Shown in pieces: positions 25,014 through 38,205 of a DNA stretch of 64,000 nt. The position numbers and the translations under genes are program-made. Below the pieces are notes generated by a model. It was not told where the DNA came from, ran no database searches, and saw only the letters and a program-made list of their open reading frames with translations. Origin of the DNA: Azolla caroliniana (lineage: Eukaryota > Plantae > Polypodiophyta); assembly GCA_043228905.1 (NCBI GenBank), contig JBHGNT010000005.1, forward strand, positions 14,012,001-14,076,000, written 5' to 3'. Within the stretch, counting starts at the first letter, position 1; each line of letters opens with the position of its first letter.

Positions 25014-27380
25014 ATGAAGGGATCGGATCTTGCAGAGGCCATGGCTTCGGCCGTGGATCGGATATTGAGTGCACGCGAGGGCACCGGCGCCCTCGACAGA
25101 GCCATTGAGGCGGTCGTCGATACGATCGGCCGGTTCAGCGGAAAGGATGCCACGAAGTATTTGGCGTCCTACGGGGCAGAAATGCTGATGCGGGACATTC
25201 CGGAAGAGAGGCGTCTTGCCGGGTTTCCTTGAGTGGCGATGCCGAGCATCCATGCGGAGGTGCTCGAGGTGCGGGCGGAGAGCCGTACCTGGGAGGAGTT
25301 CAAAGGCCGACTCCTAGAAAAATACGGGCTGGACGACGCGCTCCGGCTTTCGAAACGGGACTTCATGGAATGGGTGGAGTCCCCCTGCAAGGGAAGAAAC
25401 GTGTCGGCACTCCTCCGGGAGTTCGAAGAACGCTTTGCGCGCCTTTTGGCGCTTGACCAAACCGTTTTGGATACGAGCCAGGTCCTATTGTTCGTCAAGT
25501 CGGTGGACGAGTGGGACAGAGATCAAGTCGGCTCCTTGCTGGAAACCGAAGACGGGCTGACAACCGACTGGGCTGCGGTTAAGAGAGTCTGTGGCCGTTT
25601 CGACAAACGGCGAGAATGGGCTAACAACGGGGCGGCCGGTGCGGGCTTTTTCACAGCAAGGAGGCTTGAACCGGCACCGCAAGTGCGAAGGGAAGAAACC
25701 CGGGAATGGCTCGAAACCGGTCCGGCTTCGGCTGGCATGGTCAATGGCTCGTCCGGAGGAGCAGCGCTGGAGGAGTTGACGCGGGCGATAAAGGATCTCC
25801 AGATCGCCCAGACTCGAAGGGAAGGCGGCAAACCGGCTCGTGACCGATGGTCGGTGCGGGCTAACAACGGGGCGGCCGGTGCGGGCTCTGTCACAGCAAG
25901 GAGGCTTGAACCGGCACCGCAAGTGCGAAGGGAAGAAACCCGGGAATGGCTCGAAACCGGTCCGGCTTCGGCTGGCATGGTCAATGGCTCGTCCGGAGGA
26001 GCAACGCTGGAGGAGTTGACGCGGGCGATAAAGGATCTCCAGATCGCCCAGACTCGAAGGGAAGGCGGCAAACCGGCTCGTGACCGACGGCCGGCAGCGC
26101 GGAACAGGTGCATGTGGTGCGACGAGGTCGGCCACATTCGGAAGGACTGCGGCGATTTCGCAGAGGCGTTGAGGAACCGGGTGGTGTACCTGTGGGAAGG
26201 CCGGGTGCACGCCGACGACACCAGGAGGGCCCTGAACCGAAACGACGGGCGAGGAGGTATGAAGAGACTGATGGAAGAGGCAGCGGCCCGACACGTAGAG
26301 GCCATCCACTACTCGGCATCGGCCGGAATTCGGGTCGGGGGCAGCGAGGCCCGAACAGAGTGCAAAGACGGATTATGGTCGGCAATGCTGGAAGGTCTTG
26401 CCGGCGCACGGCTAAGGAAAGATGAAACGGACCGCGCTGAGAGACGGGTCCGGGAAATAACCGGGTGGAGCGATCCGGTCGAGGAGAAGACGGGCTTCGT
26501 AGAAACCGCCTGCCGGAACTACGAGGCTCTGGTAAAAGACAAACGAGTGGGGAAAGCCGGAGCGGTCGGGCCCTCACAACGGTACGAGATCCGATTCGGG
26601 CAATGACGGAACGATGCCGGCGGGTCCAGCTCGCAAGATAACCCCAGGAAGGGCGGATACTGACTAGGGACGGAGATAGAAAGGACTACGGACCTACGAA
26701 AGGTCCTAGAAGAACGGATCCTCGACAGCAAAGTGGAGCTGTCATTGCAAGAGGTGTTAGGGATCGCCAAGAAGGAGTTCCACGACTCCATTGTAGACCT
26801 GGTGAAACGGAAGAGGCTGTCGACGGAGACGGAACCGGAAAGACCGGTGGAGGTGCGGACGACGCACATCGACGACATGGCGCTGGAAGATGAGTGGGCG
26901 GAGAGCCACTATTCAAGGCCGCACTGGGCCCGAGCAACCACAGAGACCCCGGTGAAGATCGGAGATGTTCAGGAGCCGGTGGTGGCATTGGTGGACCACG
27001 GTTCGGAAATAAACCTGATGTCAATGGACTTCTATAAGAAGGGAAAGTGGCCGATCAACACCAAGCACGGGTGGAAGATACGGGCGGCGACGCGCGCCAC
27101 CGAGGAACTACACGGGGCCTGCCCGAACGTGCGAGTCAAGATCGGCGACGTCGAGATTGACTAGCACTTCTTCATACAGGAGACGTCCTCGCACCCAGTC
27201 ATATTAGGGGAACCATACATCACGGTGGCGCGAATGGAGACCAAGGTGTTGGACAACGGTTCGGCCTACGTGAGGGTCAAAAGCCAGGACGGGCGCCATT
27301 CGGTTCAATTTTTGACGGTGCGGCCGAACCACGAGAGAAACCGCGAATCCCTCGGTGGCGAGAACCGGGAGGATTTTTAG
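25014..27380 (+). pseudogene. gag-pro: Gag-protease ORF of element B
   Basis: Single frame with in-frame stops (25230, 26604, 26661, 27162); CMWCDEVGHIRKDC knuckle; ALVDHGSEIN protease; natural end ...EDF-TAG at 27378-27380. Confidence 0.9.
25618..26090 (+). repeat. In-frame 240-bp tandem duplication in gag
   Basis: GGGCTAACAACGGGG at 25618 and 25858; 80-aa repeat in translation. Confidence 0.95.
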
Positions 27381-27437
27381 AGAGGGCTGCCAAGGCGTGG
27401 GGCCGAGACAGCCCGGACACTCGGGAAAGACCCCACG
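27371..27437 (+). promoter_or_regulatory. Predicted -1 ribosomal frameshift signal (G_GAU_UUU + pseudoknot)
   Basis: Heptamer 27371-27377 in gag-pro frame; stems GGGCTG/CAGCCC and CGTGGGG/CCCCACG; -1 frame open into RT. Confidence 0.8.
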
Positions 27438-30400
27438 ACTGTACGATAAGTAGGAAATTCTGCTTCTCCAACAATGGAGGGTGCATGATAGTCGGCATTG
27501 TCGGCCGAGAAAAGACAAGGGCGGAAGTACGACTTCGAGCGTGCGGAGTTCTCGGCCCGGACGAGGAAATCAGCGGAGCCGTGGAGGCGGTCTCCTTCGA
27601 CGACACCTTGGGAATGTTGGGGGAGGTAGCCGGAGAAGACCTTAATGAAGACCGAACAATACCGGTATGTTCCGAAGAGATGTACAAGGTCATCGCGAAC
27701 TTCAGTCGGGGGCTCAGGTCGGATCGGACGGCCCGAGTTAGCACGAAGTACAAGACTGTGGACCGGAAGGTAAGGCCCGTCGCGGCACCCTTACCGGAGG
27801 GCAGCGAGTCCCGAATCAGAGGGGTTGCGTCGGACCCCAGTTTACGAGATCCGGCCTGCATAGGACACACCTTCACCGACGGGACGCTCCGGGGGCTCAA
27901 GATCGGTGGGGGCGGGTTCCTACTGCCTGCGGAGGAAGACCGGTTTCGGAGAATGCTCGGAAGGCACGGGAAAGCCTTCGCGTTTTCGCCAGAAGAGATC
28001 GGGTGCGTAGACCCGACGATTGTGGAGCCGATGGTGATATTCACGGTACCACATGTGCCGTGGAATCTCAAGCCGATTCCAGTACCGAGAGCCCACATCC
28101 CGAAGTTGATGGAGCTATTGAGGCAAAAAGTCGATATGGGCATTCTCGAACCGTCGAGTGCCCCATACTCGAACCGATGGTTTACCGTACCAAAGAAAAA
28201 CGGAACATTGCGCTTCATTCAGGACCTGCAGCCGGTCAACATAGTGACCATTCGGAACGCAGGAATCGGACCGACCATAGACGAGTTCGTAGAGGCCTTC
28301 GCCGGAAGGTCGATTTACTCGGTCGGTGATCTGTACTCGGGGTACGACCAGTTCCAGCTAGCCGTGGAGAGCAGAGACATTACGACGATGCGAACCCCCC
28401 TCGGCCTAGTGCGAATGTGTACCCTGCCACAAGGAGGGACCAACTCGGTAGTCCACATGGTGAATGCAATGAACAAGGTACTGAGGGATTGCATCCCGGA
28501 CATCACCATGCCGTTTCTAGACGACATCCCGATCAAGGGGTGCCCGGTGGAGGAGAAGGACGAGACAGTTGGGCCGGACGGATGCCGGCGATTCGTGGCG
28601 ACACACATTAACGACTGCGAGAAGGTGCTACAAAGGCTAGAGGATGCGAGGCTCACCTTCTCCGGGGAGAAATCGGCCTTCGGGCAATCGGAAATCCTGG
28701 TGGTCGGACACCTATGTGGACCTTATGGCCAGAAGCTGTCTCCGGCAAAGGTAGAAGCCATCTCCGCGATGAAGACCGATTGTAGCTCGGTTACGGAAGT
28801 TCGGAGGTTCCTGGGGCATGCGCGTTCTACCACATATGGATCCCGCATTACGCCCACGTGGCAGAGCCGCTATACGGGTTGCTGAAGAAAGGGCGAAATT
28901 TCGAGTGGCGAGACGAGCACACGGAGTCGGTCCGGAAGCTGAAGGAAGCTCTTGCGGCAGCACCGGCGCTCCGGAAGGCTGTCTACGAGAAGGGTACCCC
29001 GTTATACATAACGGTGGATACGAGTCCGACCGGGATCGGATGGGTCGTCAACCAAGAAGACGAGGACGGCATTCGGTTCCCGATCCGATTCGGCGCGAAG
29101 GTCCTCAGTGAGCGACAACGAGGGTACGCCCAGGTTAAACGTGAACTCTGGGGTATCGTTTCGGCAGTAAAGGCCGACAAAGACTACCTGGTCGGGACAG
29201 AAGTGATTATCGAGACGGATTGCCTGCCAATTCTCGGCATGGTTTCCGGATGCGCGACACCGGACCTGGCGATGCTCAAGTGGATAGCGTACATCAAGTC
29301 CCTGGACCCGGAAATACGGCACATTTCCGGAAAGGACAACGCCATGGCCGACATGCTTTCGAGGGCGAGGTTTGATGACGAGGGCGGCATGGTTTCGGAG
29401 GACGAAGAAGTCGGCGTGGACTTCCTCGAGGCAGCGTACGTGACGACCGATGGGACGAGCACTCCGGCACTTAACGACTTCGACGAGAGCAAGTACGACG
29501 GCGAGTGGCTCCAGATCGGTGGATTTTTTAGGACGATGACGCCGGATGTGTCGTGGACGAAGGACGAGGCCAACCGGATCCGGAAGAAAGCTTACCGATT
29601 CTTTCTCCGGGACGGATACTTATGGAAGCACCCGAAGAAGAGGAACGGCGTCCCGCTCCGGGTGGTGGCGATGAAGGAAGAACAGGAGGAGCTGCTGACG
29701 GGCTACCACGACAGCCCTTGGGCCGGACACCGTGGAACGTGGGCCACGTTCGAGAAGATAAAGGGGAAGTACTGGTGGCCGGGACTGTACCGGGATGTGC
29801 ATCGGTTCGTGACGACTTGCGAGAGCTGTCAGATGCACTCCGCAGTCCGACATCGGGATGAGCTTCACCCTACGTACCCTCCGACCATCCACTTCAAATG
29901 GATGGTAGACCTGGTGACGATGCCGATGGGAGTAGGACAGATGCGGTATCTGGTCCTGGCTCGGGAAGATCTGACGAACCAGGTGGAAGGCCGAGCCCTT
30001 CAGAACAAAACAATCGCGGCCATATGTCGGTTCCTGATCGAGGACGTGATATGCCGGTACGGGTGCGTCGGGAAGATCGTGGCTGATCGCGGGGAGTTGG
30101 ACGCCGAAGAGGCCGAGGAGCTGTTCGATCGGCTAGGAGTCAAGCTCTCGCTTACCACTGCGCACAATCCGGAGGCGAATGGGAAGGTGGAGCACGGACA
30201 CAGATCGATCGTCAAGGCGTTAGTTCGGGCATGCGGAGGTCAAGTCGGGAACTGGCCGCGGCTGTTGCCTTACGCGTTGTGGGCGGACCGAACTACGCAC
30301 AGTTTTGTAACCGGTTTCATGCCGGCAGAACTCATGTTTGGGCAGAAGCCGGTCATGCCGATGGAACGTACGATCTCCTCGTGGGCAACCGTGGACTGGA

Positions 30401-30843
30401 GAGACGAGATGAGCCGGGAGAAACTGATGGCGGCGCGTATACGACAGCTCGAGCGAAGACTGGAGGATGTGGAGCAGGCTGGGGAAAGGCTTCGGGAAGC
30501 AAGGATGAGGAACAAAGCCCGGTTCGACCGAACGCACCGGCTCCGACCGAAGAAGATCGAGGAAGGCGATTGGGTGCTAGTCTATGACAGCAGCCTTGAC
30601 AACCAGCACCGAGCGACACGGAAGTTCGCAAGAAGGTGGTTCGGGCCTTACGTGGTACAGAGCGCCAACGACAACGGGACGTACCATCTGGCGGAGCTCG
30701 ACGGCACGAGAATGGCGATACCGGTACCCGGGAAGCGGATCAAAGCGTTCAAGAAGCGTCACGACGACGAGCCGGATCCGGTTGGCCTGGACCGCGACGA
30801 CGAACGATCCGAAACCGAGGAAGAACCGACGGGCGGGGAATGA
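27371..30843 (+). pseudogene. pol: RT-RH-INT ORF of element B (one frameshift near 28815)
   Basis: DLYSGYDQ, LPQG, PFLDD, VDTSPTGIG, ETDC, HHCC, ADRGE, RWFGPY; no chromodomain. Confidence 0.93.
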
Positions 30844-32835
30844 AGGCTGGACCGGTTTTCTCCGTCCCGACTCAATTTGGCGCATGCCGGTGGATGCGTG
30901 GTTAGGTGGGGGCGGATGTCGTGAAGAAAACCGTCCACAAGCGGAATCGATGCACAGGAGCGTAGGAACCGGCTCTTATCGAATGTTGTCCATAGAAGAT
31001 CCTAGGCGGGTAGATTTAGTGGGTAGGAAGTAAAGGGGAAACGGCTCCTTCCTTGCCTATAAAAAAGAGGGAGACGAGAAGGGGAGGGGGATCGCGGAGA
31101 GTCGAGGACGAAGTGCTGTCGGTTTGCGTGCGAAGGCTTCTCTCTCTCTCTCTGGTTCGCAAACTCCATAGCTTCCTTCTGTGCAGGTTTCGGGAGGCTC
31201 GCGCTGCTCTGAGGAATGCCCGAGTGCTTCCAGCAGCACCTCCAACCTGCTCCTGTCTTTCTGTGTGTTTACGAACAGGCATCGGCATCTGTTCGCCGGC
31301 CTGTTCGGTTGTAACCGACTTCGTGTTTTTGTTGCTTTCGTGTTTTTGTTGCTATCTTTGTTAATACATACATACATTCGTGTCTCTCTGTGTCGTTGTC
31401 CCACTCGCGTCTTTGTGTCGAAGGGCCGTGTCCCTGTGAATCTATGCTCGCACGTAGTGGGTCTCTTGTCCTTTCTCTCTTGCTCTTCGATACAGGACCC
31501 CCGAGGTCCCGCCTCATTCCACGCATCCGCGAGGAAAACCTCGACACCGTTCAACTTCCCGAGAAGTATCGTCATTACACCGATGTGTTCGATAAAGTAC
31601 AAGCCAACACACTTCCTCATCATCGACCGTACGATTGCCCCATCAATTTACAACCGGGAAAAGAGCCTCCATGAGGACTGATCTACAATTTGTCACCAAC
31701 CGAGCTGGAAGTCCTTTGGGCCTATATAGAGGAGAATTTGGAAAATGGTTTCATCCGGCATTCGAAATCTCCAGCCGGCACGCCCATTTTCTTCGACAAG
31801 AAAAAGGATGGATCGCTTCGTCTTGTTGTAGATTACCGTGGCTTGAATAAGGTTACAATCAGGAGTAGGTATGCTCTTCCCGTTATCTTAAGTCTTTTAG
31901 AATGGATCAATGGTGCCAGGTTCTTCACGAAGATCGACTTACGGGGAGCATATAACCTCGTACGGATCCGACCAGGAGACAAATGGAAGACCGCATTTCG
32001 CACCAGATATGGGCACTTCGAGTATACGGTCATGCTGTTCGGCCTCACTAATGCACCGGCAGTCTTCCAGCACATGGCTAATGATATATTCCGAGATCTA
32101 TTGGATGATTTTTTTATCATCTATTTGGATGATCTACTGGTTTATTCAAAGACCCAAGAAGAACATGATTCTCATGTACTATTAGTACTCAAACGACTTC
32201 GAGAACATGGTTTGTATGCAAAGCTGGAAAAATGTAGTTTCGGGTGCAACCAAGTGGAATTTCTCGGCTACATCATTTCGTCAGAAGGCATCTCCATGGA
32301 CCCAGCTAAGGTCAAAACGGTGGTAGAATGGCAGACTCCACGTTCGGTGCGGGATGTGCAATGCTTCCTAGGCCGCCGAAATCAACTACGAAATGCATGA
32401 TAAGGAGCTATTGGCAATAGTGGATTCTTTTATGCAATGGAGGCATTTTTTGGAGGGATCCTCTCATCTGGTCACCGTATTTAGTGACCACAAGAACCTT
32501 GCCTACTTTCAGGATGCTCGTGTGTTGAATCGACGTCAAGCTCGGTGGGCCCACTTCCTCACGCGTTTCGACTTCAAAATTACATATCGTCCGGGGAAGC
32601 ACCAATGGAAGGCAGATGCATTATCACGACGTTCGTATCTAGCACCCCGTCCCGGAGAGCCAGCTTTCGATAACCAAAAACAAGTCATCTTGGGACCGGC
32701 ACGACTACAAGCAACAAAGATCTTTGACATGCCCATGGATTCCCGCGTTATCGATACCATACACGAAGACTTGAAGATAGATGTGTTCGACCAAGCTATA
32801 CTAGCACAAATTGATCCCTCTCGAGCGTTGTGTTC

Positions 32836-35800
32836 TGTTAAGGTTTGACGCTTTCAAAACCTTCACCTCTCGGCCACAACCGAGGAAACAAGAATCAATG
32901 CAGCAGAAAATCGAAAACACAGAGAGAGACTCGAATGCACAGGATTTATCGTGGAAAACCCTAGACGGGAAAAACCACGGGACTGCAAGACTCCAACTAT
33001 CACTATACGCAGGGAATGTACAATGGCGAGCTGTAAGGCGACGACCTTGAGCTCGCTGTCCTCGCCACAGGCGGCGGTATTACACAGAGGCGTCGACCTC
33101 TTCCTTTCTCTCTCTCTCTCGGCTGCTCTCACTTCGCTCCCTCTAAGTGGAAAACAGAAAAATGAGCAACAACAACCAAAACTGTTTGCCCTAAGTCATA
33201 TTTATACACATATGACTTTCGGGCTATTTACAAGTATAGCCTCGAGGGCCCTTGGCAAACATATTCACAAATATGTCCCCGCATCCGGATCTCTCTCCGG
33301 GTACATTCATCATCCGGCTCCGTAGCCGGGGTCTTCATCATCCGGATCCGGAACCGGGGTCTTCATCATCCGGATCCGGAACCGGGTCTTCATCATCCGG
33401 CTCCGATACCGGGTACTCCTCATTCGGGTCTTCATTCCCGATTCCCAGACATCCGACCATCCCATCCGGAGGGACCGTAATCCCAACAAACTCCCCCTTC
33501 ACTTCGGCATGGGATGTCTTTCCAGTCCGACCCTCTTCCGGCACGCTTCCAGCTTGTCGGGTGTGAGCACTTTGGTCAGCATATCTGACCCGTTCTCGTC
33601 TGTGTGGATCTTCGTCAGCACGAACTCCTGGTCTTCTATCCTTTCCCGGATCCAGTGATATCTTCGCTGGATGTGCTTCGTCCGGGAGTGATAGGCCACG
33701 TTCTTCGCAAGGTGGATGGCACTCTGACTGTCGCAGTAGAGTCGGTACTCCTCCTGCCGGATACCGAGCTCTTTAATGAAGTCCTTCATCCATATTATTT
33801 CCTTGCCGGCTTCAACAGCCGCCATGTACTCCGCCTCCGTGGTTGACAACGCAACCGTTTTCTGCAGCCTCGACTGCCACGAAACAGCTCCCCCTGCATA
33901 TGTCATCACATACCCTGATGTGGACCGGCTGGTATCTGCATCAGCCGACATATCCGAATCGGTAAAGCCGTCGAGTTCGGGCTTACCGGAGCCGAATCGG
34001 AGGCACACGTTTGCCGTGCCCTTCAGGTATCGGAGTATCCACTTGGCCGCGTTCCAGTGCTCTTTGCCGGGATTGCTCATGTACCGGCTCACCACTCCGA
34101 CTGCATATCCTATGTCCGGTCTTGTACACACCATTGCGTACATCAAGATTCCGACGGCAGAGGCATATGGTACTTTCATCATGTCCTCCTTCTCAGCCTT
34201 TGTCTTGGGGCTTTGCTTGCTGGACAACTTGCAGTTTGCCGGGAGGGTTGACCCGACCGGTCTTGCTTCCGACATGTTGAGCCGGTGAAGCACCTTTGTC
34301 ACGTACTTCTCCTGTGACAGCCACAACTGCTTCTTCTTCCGGTCCCGGATGATGTGCATCCCTAGTATTTGCCTCGCCGGACCCAGGTCCTTCATTGAGA
34401 AGGTTCGGTGAAGCGCTTTCTTCAGCATCCGTATCTTGACCTGGTCCCGTTCGACGATCAACATGTCGTCCACGTACAGGAGGAGTATTAGAAAGTCTCC
34501 TCCTTCGAACTTCTTCACAAACACGCAGTGATCGGACTGCGTTTTGCGGTACCCTTCGTCGGTCATGAAAGAGTCGAACTTCCGGTACCATTGCCGGGGA
34601 GCCTGCTTCAGTCCGTAAAGGCTCTTCTTCAACCGGCATACCAGGTGCTCCTTCCCTTTCTTCTCGAATCCTTCCGGTTGCTGCATGTAGATCTCTTCTT
34701 CGAGGTCACCGTGAAGGAATGCCGTCTTCACGTCCATCTGTTCTACCTCGAGGTCCATGCTTGCCGCTATGCTCAGCACCGTCCGGATGGAGGTCATCTT
34801 CACTACCGGGGCAAATATCTCGTCGAAGTCGACGCCCTTCTTCTGCTGAAACCCCTTCACCACGATCCTGGCTTTGTATCTCGGGGGGTTTCCGGCATCT
34901 CCCGGTTTCAGCTTGAACACCCACTTGTTTCGAAGTGCCCGCTTTCCTTTCGGCAACTCCACAAGTTCATATGTGTGGTTCTCATGCAGGGAATCCATCT
35001 CCTCCTGCATGGCACTTAACCACCTGCGGCTATGGGTGTCAAGCTTTGCTTCTTCAAAACTCTCCGGCTCCCCTTCGTCGGTTAGCAGCACGTGCTCTGG
35101 TTCCGGAAATCTCCGGGGGGCCCTTCTCTCTCTTAGAGGATATCTCCGTTCCGGAGCTTCGGTAACCGGCTCCTCCGTTTCCTCTTCATCCGAATCCATT
35201 CCGGGATCGAGGCCGGTTCCGGTATCAGTTTCATCTTCCTCGGCCGGTTCTGTTTCTTCACCGTCTTCGGCCGGATCCTCGAGTGCTAACCGGTCCCTTG
35301 CCAGTCGGGACTGCTCTTCGTAGAGTTGATCCTCACCGGTCGACTTGGAGCTCTTCATCTTCTTCTCCGACTCCCAGTCGGCGAGTGTCTTGTCCTCCAT
35401 GAAGATGATATCGCGACTCCGGAATATCTTTTTGTCGACCGGATCCCATACTCGGTAGCCAAACTCGTCATCGCCGTAACCGAGGAATATGCATGGCCGG
35501 GTCTTTGGATCTAGCTTTCCTCTCCGGTCCTTTGCCACATGCACATATACGAGACACCCGAACACCTTCAGATGCCAGTAGGATGCTTCCCTACCGGTCC
35601 ACACTTTCTGCGGCGTGTCTCCATCCAAAGGTACTGAGGGTGATCTGTTTATCACGTATGTCGCCGTCGACATTGCCTCAGCCCAAAACCCCTTGGGTAA
35701 TTTCGCATGCGCCAGCATACTCCGGACCCTCTCCATTATGGTCCGGTTCATCCTCTCGGCCAGCCCGTTCAGTTCCGGCGTCTTCGGCACAGTAAACTCG

Positions 35801-38205
35801 AGCCGGATTCCCTTCGAGCGACAGTACTCCGCGAACTGCCCCCGGTATTCCCCTCCGTTATCCGCTCGTATCGCTTTCAGCTTCTTGCCGGATTCCCTTT
35901 CCACTCTCGCGTGGAGTTCTTTGAAGACGCACAACACTTGGTCCTTTGTCTTCAACGGTGCCATCCACAGCTTCCGGCTGTGGTCATCAATGAATGTCAC
36001 GAAGTACTAGGCTCCGCCATGTGACTTCGTTTCTACTTGACACACGTCAGTGTGCACCAACTCCAATGGTGCGCTACGTCTCGTCGGTGGCCTTGAGTGG
36101 AAGGAGGTTCGGTTCTGCTTACCGGCCAGGCAATCGGTGCACTTCTCCAGGTGCACATGCTTCACTGGAATAAGGTTGTCTTCTGCAAGCCTCTTCATCC
36201 CCTTCTCACTCATGTGGCACAGTCTCTTGTGCCACAGCTCACCGGCAGTGTCGGCTGCCACGTTCAACTCCTCCGGACACAACCAGGCATTCATAAGGTA
36301 TAGTGTGTTGACTTTCCGGGCCCGTGCCACTATCAGGCTCCCCTTGCTGAACTTCATTACGCCGTTCCGGATGCTACCTCCCGGCCGAAATCAGGTTCAA
36401 TCGAACCTCCGGAACGTGTCGGACATCCTTCAGCAACATTTTGCATCCGGTCGAGGTTGTCAACCACACGTCTCCTATGCCGGCAATCCGGCACGTACCT
36501 TCATTTCCCATCTGAACACAGCCATGCTCACCGGCTGTGTAGGATGAGAAGTATCTTCTTTCCGGGGTCAGGTGGAACGACGCTCCGGAATCGACCACCC
36601 AGGTAGTCTCATCGCCGGCAATGTTTAGTTCACCTTCTTCGGTGATGAGCATGATCTCCTCTTCACTTGCCGCGAGTGCCGTCGTTCCTTTCCGGTCCTG
36701 CCCTCGCCGATCCGAACCATTCCGGTCCGTGGCTCCCCGGTAAGCATCGTTCCGTTCCGAAGACTTCTTCGAATCGGTGTCGTCGGCTCCGTTGTCTTTT
36801 CGGTAATGCCGACAATTCTTTCGGAAATGCCCCGGCTTCCCACAGTGGAAGCATGTGGGCCTTCCTCTTGACCGCGACCGGGTCCCCGACTTCTCCCGTC
36901 TTTGCGGACTCCGGTTCCGTTGTCTTCCCCGATCCGATTCGGTAAGCAGCATCTTCGGATCGGAGGCCGGTTCTTTATCTCTCCGACTCGCTTCTTCGTT
37001 CAAAATGCTTGTCTTTACCGTTTGTAGGGACAAGTTATCTTCTGTGCAGGAGGTGCTGAGAGTCACCACCAAGTTCTCCCAGCTTTCCGGCAATGTACAC
37101 ATCAGCATGATGGCTTGCATTGCATCCTCCAACGGGAACTTGATCGCCGCAAGCTGGTTCACGAATCCCATGAACGTGCTTACGTGTTCCACCATACTCT
37201 CGCCGTCCCGGTACTTGAGGTTCACTATCTTCCTCATCAGGGAGGTCCGGTTCAACGCATTTTTCCTCTCGTAGAGGCCCGACAGCTTCTGCCACATCTC
37301 ATATGCGTTGGTGTCGTTCGCCACATGTTGTAGAACGCTCACGTCGACGTATTGCCGAATGGTTGCAACGGCTTTCCGGTTCAGAAGCCTCCATTCCGTC
37401 TCAAGTACCCCCTTGGGTATTTCCGACCTGTCGATCGGTTCATACAGGTCCCGAACAATGAGCAGATCCTCCATCTTTATCTTCCAGTCGGCGTAGTTCT
37501 GCGCATTCATCACCATCATCCCCGGCTGCCCGCTGCTGCCGCCCTCCATTTTCTGCACTGCAGTCGCTCTGATACCAGATTGTTAGGGTTTGACGCTTTC
37601 AAAACCTTCACCTCTCGGCCACAACCGAGGAAACAAGAATCAATGCAGCAGAAAATCGAAAACACAGAGAGAGACTCGAATGCACAGGATTTATCGTGGA
37701 AAACCCTAGACGGGAAAAACCACGGGACTGCAAGACTCCAACTATCACTATACACAGGGAATGTACAATGGCGAGCTGTAAGGCGACGACCTTGAGCTCG
37801 CTGTCCTTGCCACAGGCGGCGGTATTACACAGAGGCGTCGACCTCTTCCTTTCTCTCTCTCTCTCGGCTGCTCTCACTTCGCTCCCTCTAAGTGGAAAAC
37901 AGAAAAATGAGCAACAACAACCAAAACTGTTTGCCCTAAGTCATATTTATACACATATGACTTTCGGGCTATTTACAAGTATAGCCTCGAGGGCCCTTGG
38001 CAAACATATTCACAAATATGTCCCCGCATCCGGATCTCTCTCCGGGTACATTCATCATCCGGCTCCGTAGCCGGGGTCTTCATCATCCGGATCCGGAACC
38101 GGGTCTTCATCATCCGGCTCCGATACCGGGTACTCCTCATTCGGGTCTTCATTCCCGATTCCCGGACATCCGACCATCCCATCCGGAGGGACTGTAATCC
38201 CAACA
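32836..38205 (-). mobile_element. Full-length Tork/Tnt1-like Ty1/copia, copy 1
   Basis: LTRs 32836-33488 and 37581-38205, TSD TGTTC, iMet PBS 37566-37577, PPT rc AGGGGGAG at about 33491-33498. Confidence 0.97.
33499..37558 (-). pseudogene. gag-pol: Copia gag-pol (frameshifting deletion near 36375, stop at 36007)
   Basis: CFHCGKPGHFRKNC, WVVDSGASFH, ADNGGEY, LLYVDDML, VPYASAVG, ALSTTEAEY. Confidence 0.95.

Larger units (their letters stand above)
24339..31546 (+). mobile_element. Full-length tRNA-Trp-primed non-chromovirus Ty3/gypsy (Phygy-like) element B
   Basis: LTRs 24339-24970 and 30917-31546 (TGTCG...CGACA), 4-bp TSD CCGC/CCGT, PBS 24974-24991, PPT-like AGGTGGGGGCGGA. Confidence 0.96.

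Noticed and set aside
25485-26577. Long antisense ORFs (274, 260, 198 aa); also 27277-28218 and 3000-3881
   Set aside because: Shadow frames of GC-rich gag/pol, inflated by the 240-bp duplication; no independent motifs
33295-33445. CRISPR-like array
   Set aside because: Contiguous tandem units without unique spacers, inside a eukaryotic LTR; no cas genes
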